Source: Elusimicrobiota bacterium
Lineage (GTDB): Bacteria > Elusimicrobiota > Elusimicrobia > Elusimicrobiales > UBA9959
NCBI GenBank assembly: GCA_016234365.1
Contig: JACRER010000080.1
Location: 2,619-66,618, forward strand
Reading direction: 5' to 3'
Length of the DNA stretch: 64,000 nucleotides
Within the stretch, counting starts at the first letter, position 1, and every line of letters starts with the position of its first letter. The translations under genes were made by a program, and so were the position numbers. Of this stretch, positions 35,297 through 44,093 are shown one piece after another. The notes under the pieces were generated by a model that made no database searches, was not told the origin of the DNA, and saw only the letters and a program-made list of their open reading frames with translations.

Positions 35297-35998
35297 TTAC
35301 CAGTAGCGTACCCGGCCCGCGTCCACGTGCACAAAGCCGTCGGAAGGATAGTAGCCAACACCGCCGGCTTTAAGGGCCTTGGCGGCGTCGCGCAGGGCCG
35401 AGGTCCGCACCCCGGGCACTTTTATATCCGCCGCCCAGCCTTTCAGGTGCAGGCTGTTCTTGGCGACCCCGCTGGAATTGGAAGACAGGGCGGAGTTAAG
35501 CTCGGGGCTGCGGTAGCCGCAGATCACGGTCACGGTAGCGCCGCCCAGGCGGTCCTGCAGCGCGTCCAGGATCTCCGCCAGCCGGGCGGGCACCGCCGTC
35601 TCTTTGCCGGTCAGGCGGCAGCGCATGAAGTGCTTGAGTTTTTCGAAAGCTTCCGGGATGTAGCGCCCGTCGGCGCCGCGGTAGCGGACTTCAATGGTTT
35701 CTTTGTTCCATTCGTGGTAAAGCCTTATCGTCCCGTCCCCGCCCAGGCTGGCGGCGGAAGGTTGCGCGTCGGCGGTTTTTTCTTCGCCATCCGGTTCGGA
35801 GTCGGCCAGGTAGGAGCCGGCTTCCACTTCGTTCAGACCTGAAAGTTCGGCCACGGCCTGGGCCACGGCGGGGACCTGGGAATCGAACTGGCGGATGTCG
35901 CTGGCGCTGATAACGGCGAGCCGGAACTCCTGCGCGAAAGCGGGCGCGGCCGCCTGGGCCAGGAGCAGTAAGGAGAGGATGGCGTTTCCGGTTTTCAT
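35297..35998 (-). CDS. DUF882 / peptidase M15A-like (YcbK/MepK-type) cell-wall peptidase
   Basis: ORF trimmed to MKTGNAILSLLLLAQAAAPAFA at 35998. C-terminal ICGYRSPELNSAL...SLHLKGWAADIKVPG...GGVGYYPSDGFVHVDAGRVRYW matches the DUF882 zinc-peptidase signature. Confidence 0.8.
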   Translation of the reverse strand: MKTGNAILSLLLLAQAAAPAFAQEFRLAVISASDIRQFDSQVPAVAQAVAELSGLNEVEAGSYLADSEPDGEEKTADAQPSAASLGGDGTIRLYHEWNKETIEVRYRGADGRYIPEAFEKLKHFMRCRLTGKETAVPARLAEILDALQDRLGGATVTVICGYRSPELNSALSSNSSGVAKNSLHLKGWAADIKVPGVRTSALRDAAKALKAGGVGYYPSDGFVHVDAGRVRYW

Positions 35999-36107
35999 AA
36001 ATTGTCTCCGCTGGTTATAGTCTAGCTGAACTGCAAAAAGGTTCAAGCGCCGTTGTGCCCAGAACAGGGGGCGCGCGAGGACCCCGCTGAAATGGGTCCT
36101 GGGGCCC

Positions 36108-36136
36108 TTGACAAAAGGCAAACGCCCCCTTATCCT
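36108..36136 (+). promoter_or_regulatory. sigma70-like promoter candidate upstream of the TPR-kinase gene
   Basis: TTGACA (36108-36113), a 17-nt spacer, then TATCCT (36131-36136). The match is by eye only. Confidence 0.4.
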
Positions 36137-36165
36137 ATCTTGTAAGATAAGTGTATCCTGCGTTT

Positions 36166-38595
36166 ATGAGGAAGATACTTTCTACTCTGCTTTTCTTTTC
36201 CCTGGCCGCCGGCCTTGGCGCGGCCCCGCCGTCCCCTGACGCCACACCGGTACCGGAGCAGGCGCTGCCGCACCACGCGGAGCCACGCCCCGCCGACGCG
36301 CAGGCCCAGGGCCGCGACGACCTGGCCATTTTTACGCGCAACGCCGCGCACCGGCCCCGGGTCTCGGCCGAGGCCCTGCTGCGGCTGCTGGCCGGTATGA
36401 CCCCTGAGGAGGCGGACGCTTTTCGCCAGAAGAATTGCGGTATCATAGCCGAGCTGGTGGATTCCCTTGAGCGCGCCGCCGCCTCCGGCCGCGTCAGCAA
36501 GGACGCCTACGACGACTTCACCTCCAAGTTCGCCAAGTACGAGATCCCTACCATGCAGGCCCGCGCCGGCGAACTTCCGGCCGAAGGCCCCCGCAAGGAC
36601 GCCCGGCGCAACCCCGTTGCCGCTCTGGTGGACGCGAGGATAGCCACTAATTCAGGCGACAAAGAGAAGGCCGCCGCCGCGATAGCTGCCGCCAGCACCT
36701 CCTACCCGGAAAACCCGGCTGTGCAGACCGCTGCCGCCTCCTATTACAACGAGACCAAGAATTACGCTATGGCGGAAAAGACCGCCACCGGGGCCATAGC
36801 CCTGGACGACAGATCTCCCGAGGCCTACAAAGCCCGCGCGGTGGCGCGCGCCTCGCTGGAGGACCGTAAGGGAGCCATAGAGGATATCCGCAAAGCCATG
36901 GCCATAGACCCGCAGGACGAATCCGCCCGCCTGCTCTCCGTGCTGCTGGAGAGCCGCAAAACGGTCCCCACCCTGCGTTCGGTTTCCTCCGTGGACGAGA
37001 TCAAGCGGGCCCTGGGTTCTTATGAGGAATCCCCGGACGCCGTGGAAGGCGGCGGTACCGCGGTAGGTACGGAGACGGCGGCCCTGGCCGCCCCCGATAC
37101 CTCCAAATCCCGCGCCTACCTGAAGACCGCGCTTTCAAAGAACCGGCTGGGGGATTATGAGGACGCTGTGCGCTACGCGGGCCTCGCCCTGGAAAAAGAC
37201 CCTGGCAATATGGAGGCCTACCTGGAGCGGGCCAACGCTTATAATTTCCTCGGCAAATACGACGAGTCGGTGCGCGACGCCAGCTTTGTGATCTCGAAGG
37301 ATCCCTCCAACCTGCAGGCCTTCAATATGCGCGCGTGGGCGCTTAACCGCAAAGGGCAGTCCGCGGAGGCGGAATCCGACGCCAGCCGCGCCATAGGCCT
37401 TAATCCCGGTTTTGCCGACGCGTGGTTCAACCGCGCGCTGGCCTACGAGAAGCAGGGCGACTATAAGCGGATGCTGGAGGATTTTAAGCAGGCCGCGGCG
37501 CTTTCCGGCTCTTACGCGGCCCGCTACCAGGACGCGGTGGCGCAGTACGGCCCACGCGTGCCTGGCTTTGCCGGCCAGAGCGCGGCCATGCGCGCCGCGG
37601 CCGGCGCAGCCGCGCCGGAAGACGCGAGGCACGGCCGCCGCAACCCGCTGCGCCGCTTCCTGCTGACGCTTTTCTTCACTCTGACCGGCGGCGCGCTGGT
37701 GGCGATGGGCCTCATCCACGTGGCCTCTTCGGCCAGGGAGGATTCTCCCAAAGCCCGCGCCACGCATCCCGACGTGCTGTCGCCTTCTGTGTTCTACGAG
37801 GGCGTGGCCACCGGCAAGTACAAGATAGAGCGCAAGCTCGGCGAGGGGGCCATGGGCGTGGTTTACGAGGCCACCGACCAGTCCCTTGGCCGCAAGGTGG
37901 CCATCAAGCGCATGGGCGACGAGATAAAAGTGAATCCGCGCGAGAAGCAGCGCTTCCTGGAAGAGGCTCGCACGGTGGCGCTGCTGCACCACCCCAATAT
38001 AGTGGAAATCTACACCATCTTCGAGGAAGAAGACAACATCTACCTGGTCTTTGAGCACGTGGACGGGACTACGCTGGACAAGGTGTTGGAGAAGGAGTTG
38101 CGGCTGCCGTTCGATAAGGCCGCCCAGCTCTTCGGCGAGACCGCCGGCGCCCTGGCCTACGCGCATTCCAAGAACGTCGTGCACCGCGACCTTAAACTTT
38201 CCAACCTGATGCTGTCCGCCGAGGGCTGGGTGAAGGTGATGGATTTCGGCCTGGCGCGCCGCGCCAAGGAGACCATGGCCCGCACCTCCGCTCACGAGGT
38301 GGTGGGTTCTCCTGCCTACATGGCCCCGGAGCAGGACCTGGGCGTGTCTTCCGCCGAGTCCGACATCTATTCTCTGGGCGTCTGTTTCTACGAGGCGCTG
38401 AGCGGCGTGCTGCCTTTTGCCGGCCCGGACTTCCACGCCCAGAAGACGCACCTCTCCTACCAGCCGCTTTCCGACATCCTGCCGGGCCTGCCGCGCGGCG
38501 TGGACGCGGTGGTGGCCAAGTGCCTAGCTCCAGCTCCCGAGGACCGCTTCCGCACCGCCGAGGATTTCCGCCGCGCGCTGGACGCGATACTTTAA
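36166..38595 (+). CDS. Hanks-type Ser/Thr protein kinase with N-terminal signal peptide and TPR ectodomain (kinase domain C-terminal)
   Basis: ATG at 36166 (MRKILSTLLFFSLAAGLGAA); a GTG at 36151 is an alternative start. TPR-like repeats span about aa 150-470. One TM helix (FLLTLFFTLTGGALVAMGLIHV). Kinase motifs follow: GEGAMGVVYEA, VAIKRM, HRDLKLSNLML, DFGLAR, GSPAYMAPEQ. Confidence 0.85.
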   Translation: MRKILSTLLFFSLAAGLGAAPPSPDATPVPEQALPHHAEPRPADAQAQGRDDLAIFTRNAAHRPRVSAEALLRLLAGMTPEEADAFRQKNCGIIAELVDSLERAAASGRVSKDAYDDFTSKFAKYEIPTMQARAGELPAEGPRKDARRNPVAALVDARIATNSGDKEKAAAAIAAASTSYPENPAVQTAAASYYNETKNYAMAEKTATGAIALDDRSPEAYKARAVARASLEDRKGAIEDIRKAMAIDPQDESARLLSVLLESRKTVPTLRSVSSVDEIKRALGSYEESPDAVEGGGTAVGTETAALAAPDTSKSRAYLKTALSKNRLGDYEDAVRYAGLALEKDPGNMEAYLERANAYNFLGKYDESVRDASFVISKDPSNLQAFNMRAWALNRKGQSAEAESDASRAIGLNPGFADAWFNRALAYEKQGDYKRMLEDFKQAAALSGSYAARYQDAVAQYGPRVPGFAGQSAAMRAAAGAAAPEDARHGRRNPLRRFLLTLFFTLTGGALVAMGLIHVASSAREDSPKARATHPDVLSPSVFYEGVATGKYKIERKLGEGAMGVVYEATDQSLGRKVAIKRMGDEIKVNPREKQRFLEEARTVALLHHPNIVEIYTIFEEEDNIYLVFEHVDGTTLDKVLEKELRLPFDKAAQLFGETAGALAYAHSKNVVHRDLKLSNLMLSAEGWVKVMDFGLARRAKETMARTSAHEVVGSPAYMAPEQDLGVSSAESDIYSLGVCFYEALSGVLPFAGPDFHAQKTHLSYQPLSDILPGLPRGVDAVVAKCLAPAPEDRFRTAEDFRRALDAIL

Positions 38596-38610
38596 AGCCG
38601 TTCTGTCCAA

Positions 38611-38645
38611 AGCAAAGGGCCCCTTTCCGGGGCCCTTTCTTTTGC
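38611..38645. terminator. bidirectional intrinsic terminator
   Basis: AAAGGGCCCCtttccGGGGCCCTTTcttttg lies between the convergent kinase and marC-family genes. Confidence 0.85.
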
Positions 38646-38659
38646 GCCGGCGGGGCCGG

Positions 38660-39286
38660 TCAATGGAAGAACGCTTTTTTTACCCCGTCTATGATGAACT
38701 GCACCGCCGTGGCCGCCAGCATGAGGCCCATGAGGCGGGTGGTGATGTTCATTACGATGGGATTTATCTTGGAGGCTTTTTTTATGGCGACGCGGAAGAT
38801 CAGGTAGCTGGCTAAACCGACGGTCAGGAACAGCAGGAAGAGGATGCCGTCGTAAACTATGGTCTTGGCGCGGGATGCCAGCAGGATGGCGGTGGTAATG
38901 GCGCCCGGGCCGGAGAGCATGGGGATGGCGAGGGGGGTGATGGAGACGTCGGCCTTCTCGGCGCCGGCGGCTTTTTCCTCCTCGGTTTCCTGCACGCCGG
39001 AGCGCTTGGCGCGGAGGTTGTCCAGCGAGACCAGCAGCAGCAGCAGGCCGCCGGCCATCTGGAAGGCGGCTATGGTGATGCCGAGCACGGAGAACAGGGC
39101 GTTGCCGGTGACGGCGAAGAGGATCAGGACGCCGGTGGCGGTGACGCAGGCCGTGCGCGCCATACGCAGGCGTTCGGCCTCGGTGTTTTCCGGGGTCATG
39201 GCGAAGAACGTGGGCACCGCCGCCAGCGGGTTGATGATGGCGAACAGCGAACCTGCGCTCATCAACGCGAAATTAAGGATTTCCAT
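38660..39286 (-). CDS. MarC-family (UPF0056) integral membrane protein
   Basis: 208 aa with six hydrophobic helices. N-terminal FAIINPLAAVPTFFAMT is typical of the MarC family. Confidence 0.8.
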   Translation of the reverse strand: MEILNFALMSAGSLFAIINPLAAVPTFFAMTPENTEAERLRMARTACVTATGVLILFAVTGNALFSVLGITIAAFQMAGGLLLLLVSLDNLRAKRSGVQETEEEKAAGAEKADVSITPLAIPMLSGPGAITTAILLASRAKTIVYDGILFLLFLTVGLASYLIFRVAIKKASKINPIVMNITTRLMGLMLAATAVQFIIDGVKKAFFH

Positions 39287-39310
39287 GCGTTAACCAGTAT
39301 ATAAATTTGT

Positions 39311-42058
39311 TCACCGTTTTAGTTTGAACAACCGGGAGTACTCCAGCGAGAGGCCGGTGGTGAGGTTGGAAGCGGACCCGGGCAGCTTTTTGCCGGTGGC
39401 CATGAAATAGGTTAGGTAGGGGCTCAGCATGATGTCCTTGTAGAGCCGCGTGCTCAGCTTCACATTTACCTCAAGCCGCTCTTTCAGGTCGTACACCGTG
39501 TCGAAGCGGCTGCGCGCGAAATTGCGGTAGTTGGCGTCGGCGCTGAGCATCAGCGCGGTATGCGGCACGGGAGTATAGACGCGCAGGCCGGCTTCCACCG
39601 CGTACTTGGTGCGCGCCGGAGTATAGGTGTAGATGTTCTCCATCGTCAGGCCGGTGTAGAGTTCCTGTATGGCGGCGCCCTCGTAGAGTTTCAGGCCGGC
39701 GCTGCCGCGCAGCACCTTCTTCAGCGGCTGCTCTTCCACCCGCGAGAATTCCGTCTCGTAGGCCGCGGAGCCGTAGGGACCTATCACCAGCGGGCCCAAG
39801 GCCCCGTTATAACTCTTCATCCGGTACAGCACCTGCGACTCGAAGTTCAACTGGTCCACGCTCTCCGTGGTAAGGTGCGGCTGGTGGCGCGGGCGCAGCA
39901 CCGTCTTGCCGTAATCGGCCAGGATGCCTGAATCCAGCCGGAACCGGCCGGAATAATATTCGGAGAACAGCCGCGCCGACCCTTGCATGCGCGTCTGGTT
40001 AACCGCGCCCAGGCGCGAGTCAGCGCCGGCGTAATCCGGGGCCCCGTGCACTTCGGTGTTGACGGTCTCCAGCGAGAGGTTGCGCAGGTTGATGCGCCAC
40101 AGGTCGCGCTGTTCGGGTCTGTTGCGGATGGCGGCCGTCACGGCGTTCTCCCAGGCTTCGCGCGAAGGGGCCGCCGTGCGCAGTTCGTTCAGCGAGTCGA
40201 TGACCGCCTCGTACAGCGTGGCCGGCGCTCCGGCGGGCTGCTGTACCGGCCGCAAAAAACTCCTGCCCTCCGCTACATCGGCCGGCAGGGCCATCAGATA
40301 AAGTTCCGAGTCGTTTACCGGCAGGCCGCCCACGCGCCCGGCGTCGTCCAGGCCGGAAAGCGCGTAGTGATCCTCGCCGCTGTAATTCTGCGGCGTGTAG
40401 TACTGGTCCGGGGCGCGGGGCGGTAGCGCGTGGCTGCGCAGGTCGTTGATGAAGCGGCCAGGCGCCAGCACCAGCTTTACCGGGCGGTCCGGGCCCAGCC
40501 AGGTCTTTACCATGGCCGTCGGCACGTCGCCCATCATGGAGCTGGAGAAAGGCCGGGCTTTGACCGCGGCCACCTCGGCCCTGAACTTTTTGCGCAGCAA
40601 GTTGGCCGACAGGCTGAAGAATTCGGGCACGCCGTACTTGGGGCCGCCGTCCTGCGGCTCGGGGCCTGCCAGGTCCGGCAGCAGCGTGTCGCCGGTGCCG
40701 AGGAAATGCCGCACGATGCGCTCTTTCATGTAGAGCTGCTCGCGGTAGTACAGGGGCTCGCGGCCGTCGTCGGGCGCGGGCAGGGCCTCCAGCGCGGTCA
40801 GTTCCGAGCGCGCGCCGAACTCCAGCCGGATCTGGCCCATGCCGCTGGAATCCGGGAAGACGGTCAGCGCCGGGCCGGTGTGGGCTTCGCGGTCCCACCT
40901 GCGCAGTTCCACGCGCGTCTTGCGGCCGGAATCGTTGTCCCAGGTTTCCGGCCCTATCAGCGCGTCCACGCCGCGCGCGCTCAGCAGCCAGCCCAGCTCG
41001 TCCTTCTTAAGCATCGGCACCAGCGCTATCACGGCCTTCGCCTTGCGCGGGCCGCGCAGCTCGTTGACCAGCGCGTAAAAAGCCTTCTGGTCGCGCGGGT
41101 CGCGCACGCTTATGGGCGAGCCCGCCAGGTCGGCCATGGCGGCCGACGCGGCCGGCACGAAGGAGATGAAGGCCACGTTGACGCCGCCCAGCCTGCGGAT
41201 GGCATAAGGTTTTATCAGCCGGGCCAGTTCCGGGTCGGAGATGTCGGCGTTGGAACAGATCAGCTCCGGCAGGCCGGTGGAGATCTTCAGCCCGCCGTCC
41301 ATGCGCCACTGCCAGAGGTTGTGCAGGTCGTTGTGGTCCAGCGCGCCTATGTCCGTGCCGGCGCCCGCGAGGTAGGCGAAGGTGCGTTCCGGCCCGGCCT
41401 TCAGCACCTGGCCCGTAAGGGCGCCTCCCAGCCCCAGGCTGAGGAGTACCGCTTCTTTTTTATCGGCGGCGTTCTCCAGCATCTTGCGGCTGAGGCCGTT
41501 GAGGCCCAGCGGGACGGAAAAGCCGGTGAAGACCACTTCCCGCCCCGAGGCGGAGGCGAAGTGGCGCATCTCAAGGGTAGGTTCCCAGAGAGTTTTAGAG
41601 GGGCGGGAAGGCAGCTGCAGCGCGCGGAACTTTATGCCCGAGGGGGAAGTGGCGGCGAGCAATTGCGCCGGTTCCCGCTCCACGCTGAAATAGGGGCTCA
41701 TGATCTCCTCTATCAGCGGGGCCAGGCTTTCGATCAGGTCGGGCGGCATCAGCACCACCGAGTGGCCGCCGGAGATAACCTCCGCGGTCCCTTCCAGGGC
41801 GTAGTCCGTGGTGCGCGACAGTTCTTCGGAGGTGAGGTCCTCGGGCCCGTCTATTACGAACTTCGAGCCGTTGGTGTAGGTGATGGAGGTGGCGGAACGG
41901 GAAAGTTTTATGGAGCCGGTGGAGGAGGTTATTTCCTCTATCACCTGCGACAGGTCGAAGCTGATGCGGTAATCGTGGTTGAAGTAGTAGACGGCGGCGG
42001 AGCCGGCCAGAGCGCGGGCCGGGCAAACGGCCAGCAGCAGCGTCAGGATGAATTTCAT
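39311..42058 (-). CDS. large secreted protein of unknown function; central degenerate metallophosphoesterase-like region and probable C-terminal beta-barrel
   Basis: Signal peptide MKFILTLLLAVCPARALA. 915 aa. The middle resembles the 5'-nucleotidase/calcineurin-like fold but with altered metal motifs (ALDHNDL in place of GNHEFD-like). The last ~300 aa show amphipathic beta-strand alternation rich in Y/F/L. Confidence 0.7.
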   Translation of the reverse strand: MKFILTLLLAVCPARALAGSAAVYYFNHDYRISFDLSQVIEEITSSTGSIKLSRSATSITYTNGSKFVIDGPEDLTSEELSRTTDYALEGTAEVISGGHSVVLMPPDLIESLAPLIEEIMSPYFSVEREPAQLLAATSPSGIKFRALQLPSRPSKTLWEPTLEMRHFASASGREVVFTGFSVPLGLNGLSRKMLENAADKKEAVLLSLGLGGALTGQVLKAGPERTFAYLAGAGTDIGALDHNDLHNLWQWRMDGGLKISTGLPELICSNADISDPELARLIKPYAIRRLGGVNVAFISFVPAASAAMADLAGSPISVRDPRDQKAFYALVNELRGPRKAKAVIALVPMLKKDELGWLLSARGVDALIGPETWDNDSGRKTRVELRRWDREAHTGPALTVFPDSSGMGQIRLEFGARSELTALEALPAPDDGREPLYYREQLYMKERIVRHFLGTGDTLLPDLAGPEPQDGGPKYGVPEFFSLSANLLRKKFRAEVAAVKARPFSSSMMGDVPTAMVKTWLGPDRPVKLVLAPGRFINDLRSHALPPRAPDQYYTPQNYSGEDHYALSGLDDAGRVGGLPVNDSELYLMALPADVAEGRSFLRPVQQPAGAPATLYEAVIDSLNELRTAAPSREAWENAVTAAIRNRPEQRDLWRINLRNLSLETVNTEVHGAPDYAGADSRLGAVNQTRMQGSARLFSEYYSGRFRLDSGILADYGKTVLRPRHQPHLTTESVDQLNFESQVLYRMKSYNGALGPLVIGPYGSAAYETEFSRVEEQPLKKVLRGSAGLKLYEGAAIQELYTGLTMENIYTYTPARTKYAVEAGLRVYTPVPHTALMLSADANYRNFARSRFDTVYDLKERLEVNVKLSTRLYKDIMLSPYLTYFMATGKKLPGSASNLTTGLSLEYSRLFKLKR

Positions 42059-42224
42059 GCAGTAAAGATTAGCATTTTTTATTTTTGCGGCCGCGGCGGA
42101 CCCTTAATGCCCAGGTGGCGGTGGGCCTGAAAGTGCCGCCAGCATGGGCATTCCGCCTCATACCGGGATAGCGGGTAAAAAAATAAAATAGTCTTAGCGG
42201 TTTAAATTTTCAGGAGGCATATAG

Positions 42225-42755
42225 ATGAAAAGATCACTGACTTTGTTCCTGGCGGTTTCGGCTCTTTCGGCCGGCTTATGCAGGGCAGGTTCCTTCGAAG
42301 ACGCCCTTTCGATTTCAGGTACGGGCCTGATGGCAAGGACGGTGGAATTCTCCGCGCCGGCTGTCTCCGCTCCTGCCCCCGCGCCGGCCAGGGCTTTTGA
42401 ACTTTACTGTGCCGGCGGCAAGCTGCAGGTCCAGTTCAAGGACGCCGTGCGCTACACCGCCATTGTAAAAGACGCCGCCATCACCGCCGCCCTTAAAGCC
42501 GCGGCCGCGAAATTCTACGAGGGCGAACAGCGCCTGGTGAACGTGCGCTTTAACGGCCCGGCCTCCTTTATGGTGGCGGATTTTCAGAAAGATCCGGACG
42601 GTTACGGTTACGACGCGGGACAGTTCGCCCCCAAGCTGCGCCTGCTGGGCGGCGGCCGCGCCAGGCTGACCCTTACCTACTTCCGCATGACCAACAGCCA
42701 CGCCTACGAGTTCAACGAGGTCGCCTCGTTCGATTTCGACGGCTGCCTAAAATAA
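42225..42755 (+). CDS. secreted hypothetical protein
   Basis: Signal peptide MKRSLTLFLAVSALSAGLCRAG. 176 aa. Followed by a strong terminator. Confidence 0.6.
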   Translation: MKRSLTLFLAVSALSAGLCRAGSFEDALSISGTGLMARTVEFSAPAVSAPAPAPARAFELYCAGGKLQVQFKDAVRYTAIVKDAAITAALKAAAAKFYEGEQRLVNVRFNGPASFMVADFQKDPDGYGYDAGQFAPKLRLLGGGRARLTLTYFRMTNSHAYEFNEVASFDFDGCLK

Positions 42756-42773
42756 GGCGCTCCTGCGCCGTAA

Positions 42774-42804
42774 GGGCCGGGCCCGCTGGGGCCCGGCCTT
42801 TTTA
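42774..42804 (+). terminator. intrinsic terminator
   Basis: GGGCCGGGCCcgctgGGGCCCGGCCttttt lies after the 176-aa secreted protein gene. Confidence 0.85.
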
Positions 42805-42860
42805 TTTATAAAGCGGTATAATATCCGTATCTGATTTTACGCGTCAAGGAGACCACTTCT

Positions 42861-43892
42861 ATGAAAGCGCTCGTTAAAGCTAAAGCTGAAAAAGGCCTCT
42901 GGCTGCAGGACGTGCCCAAGCCGTCCATAGGCGACAACGAGGTCCTGATAAAGATAAAGAAGACCGCCATCTGCGGCACCGACATACACATCTACCAGTG
43001 GGACGACTGGGCGCAGAAGACCATTCCCGTGCCCATGCACGTGGGCCACGAGTTCGTGGGCGAGATAGCCGAGCTGGGCCGTGCCGTGCAGGGGCATTTT
43101 GTGGGCGAGCGCGTGAGCGGCGAAGGCCACATAGTCTGCGGCCACTGCCGTAACTGCAAGGCCGGGCACCGCCACCTGTGCATCAATACCAAGGGCGTGG
43201 GCGTGACCCGCCCGGGCTGTTTCGCGGAATACCTGGCCATTCCGGCCGAGAACGTGTTCTCCATACCCGAGGGCGTGAGCGACGAGGAGGCTTCCATCCT
43301 CGACCCGCTCGGCAACGCCGTGCATACCGCGCTCTCCTTCGACCTGATAGGCGAGGACGTGCTCATTACCGGCGCGGGCCCGATAGGCATCATGGCCGGC
43401 GCCATCTCCAATCACGTGGGCGCGCGCCACACCGTGATCACCGACGTGAACGATTACCGCATGGACCTGGCCCGCAAGCTGGGCATAAAGAACGTGGTTG
43501 ACTCCCGCAAGGAGAAGCTCCCGGACGTGATGAAAAAGCTCGGCATGACCGAGGGCTTCGACGTGGGCCTGGAGATGAGCGGCAACGCGCAGGCCTTTAA
43601 CGACATGATAGGCGCGGTGAAGATGGGCGCTAAAATAGCCCTGCTCGGCATCCTGCCGCCCAATACCACCATCCCGTGGAACCAGGTGATCTTCAAGGCG
43701 CTGTTCCTTAAGGGTATTTACGGCCGCGAGATGTTCGAGACCTGGTACAAGATGTGCGCCATGCTCACCAGCGGCCTGGACATCAAGCCCATTATCACGC
43801 ACCGTTTCCCGGTGAAGGATTTCAAAGAGGGCTTCGAGATAATGTCCTCCGGCAAGTCCGGCAAGATCATCCTGGACTGGACTGCGTTGTAG
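42861..43892 (+). CDS. tdh: L-threonine 3-dehydrogenase
   Basis: [69 protein letters not shown] is near-canonical for Tdh. Structural zinc Cys cluster [15 protein letters not shown]; GAGPIG NAD motif. Confidence 0.93.
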   Translation: MKALVKAKAEKGLWLQDVPKPSIGDNEVLIKIKKTAICGTDIHIYQWDDWAQKTIPVPMHVGHEFVGEIAELGRAVQGHFVGERVSGEGHIVCGHCRNCKAGHRHLCINTKGVGVTRPGCFAEYLAIPAENVFSIPEGVSDEEASILDPLGNAVHTALSFDLIGEDVLITGAGPIGIMAGAISNHVGARHTVITDVNDYRMDLARKLGIKNVVDSRKEKLPDVMKKLGMTEGFDVGLEMSGNAQAFNDMIGAVKMGAKIALLGILPPNTTIPWNQVIFKALFLKGIYGREMFETWYKMCAMLTSGLDIKPIITHRFPVKDFKEGFEIMSSGKSGKIILDWTAL

Positions 43893-43934
43893 ATCGGGCG
43901 GATAGCCGGCAGGCAGAATAATGGGAGCGGGTGG

Positions 43935-44048
43935 CGAGGGTTTGCCTTCGCAGGGGCATCATGAAGCCCGAGCTTGCGTAAGCGCGAGGGCTGAATGCGA
44001 GAGCGCGGCCACGGTGTGGCCGCGCGTACCCGGAGAAGGCAACCCTCG
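43935..44048 (+). repeat. intergenic structured element, copy 2: ~14-bp stem enclosing the same conserved core
   Basis: 43935-43949 (cgagggtttgccttc) pairs with 44035-44048 (gaaggcaaccctcg). The core agcccgagcttgcgtaagcgcgagggc...gcgcggccacggtgtggccgcgc matches copy 1 at about 45 of 58 positions, ungapped, by hand alignment. It lies between tdh and the flavin-reductase-like gene. Confidence 0.7.
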
Positions 44049-44093
44049 ACAGGTCCCGCGCACTTGCAAGCCTGCCACAGAGAGATCCTGTAT

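Noticed and set aside
42105-42152. Imperfect hairpin aatgcccaggtggcgg...ccgccagcatgggcatt in the divergent spacer between the 915-aa gene and the 176-aa gene.
   Set aside because: The stem is interrupted, there is no second copy, and there is no adjacent T-tract. It could be an operator or leader structure, but the evidence is too thin to call.
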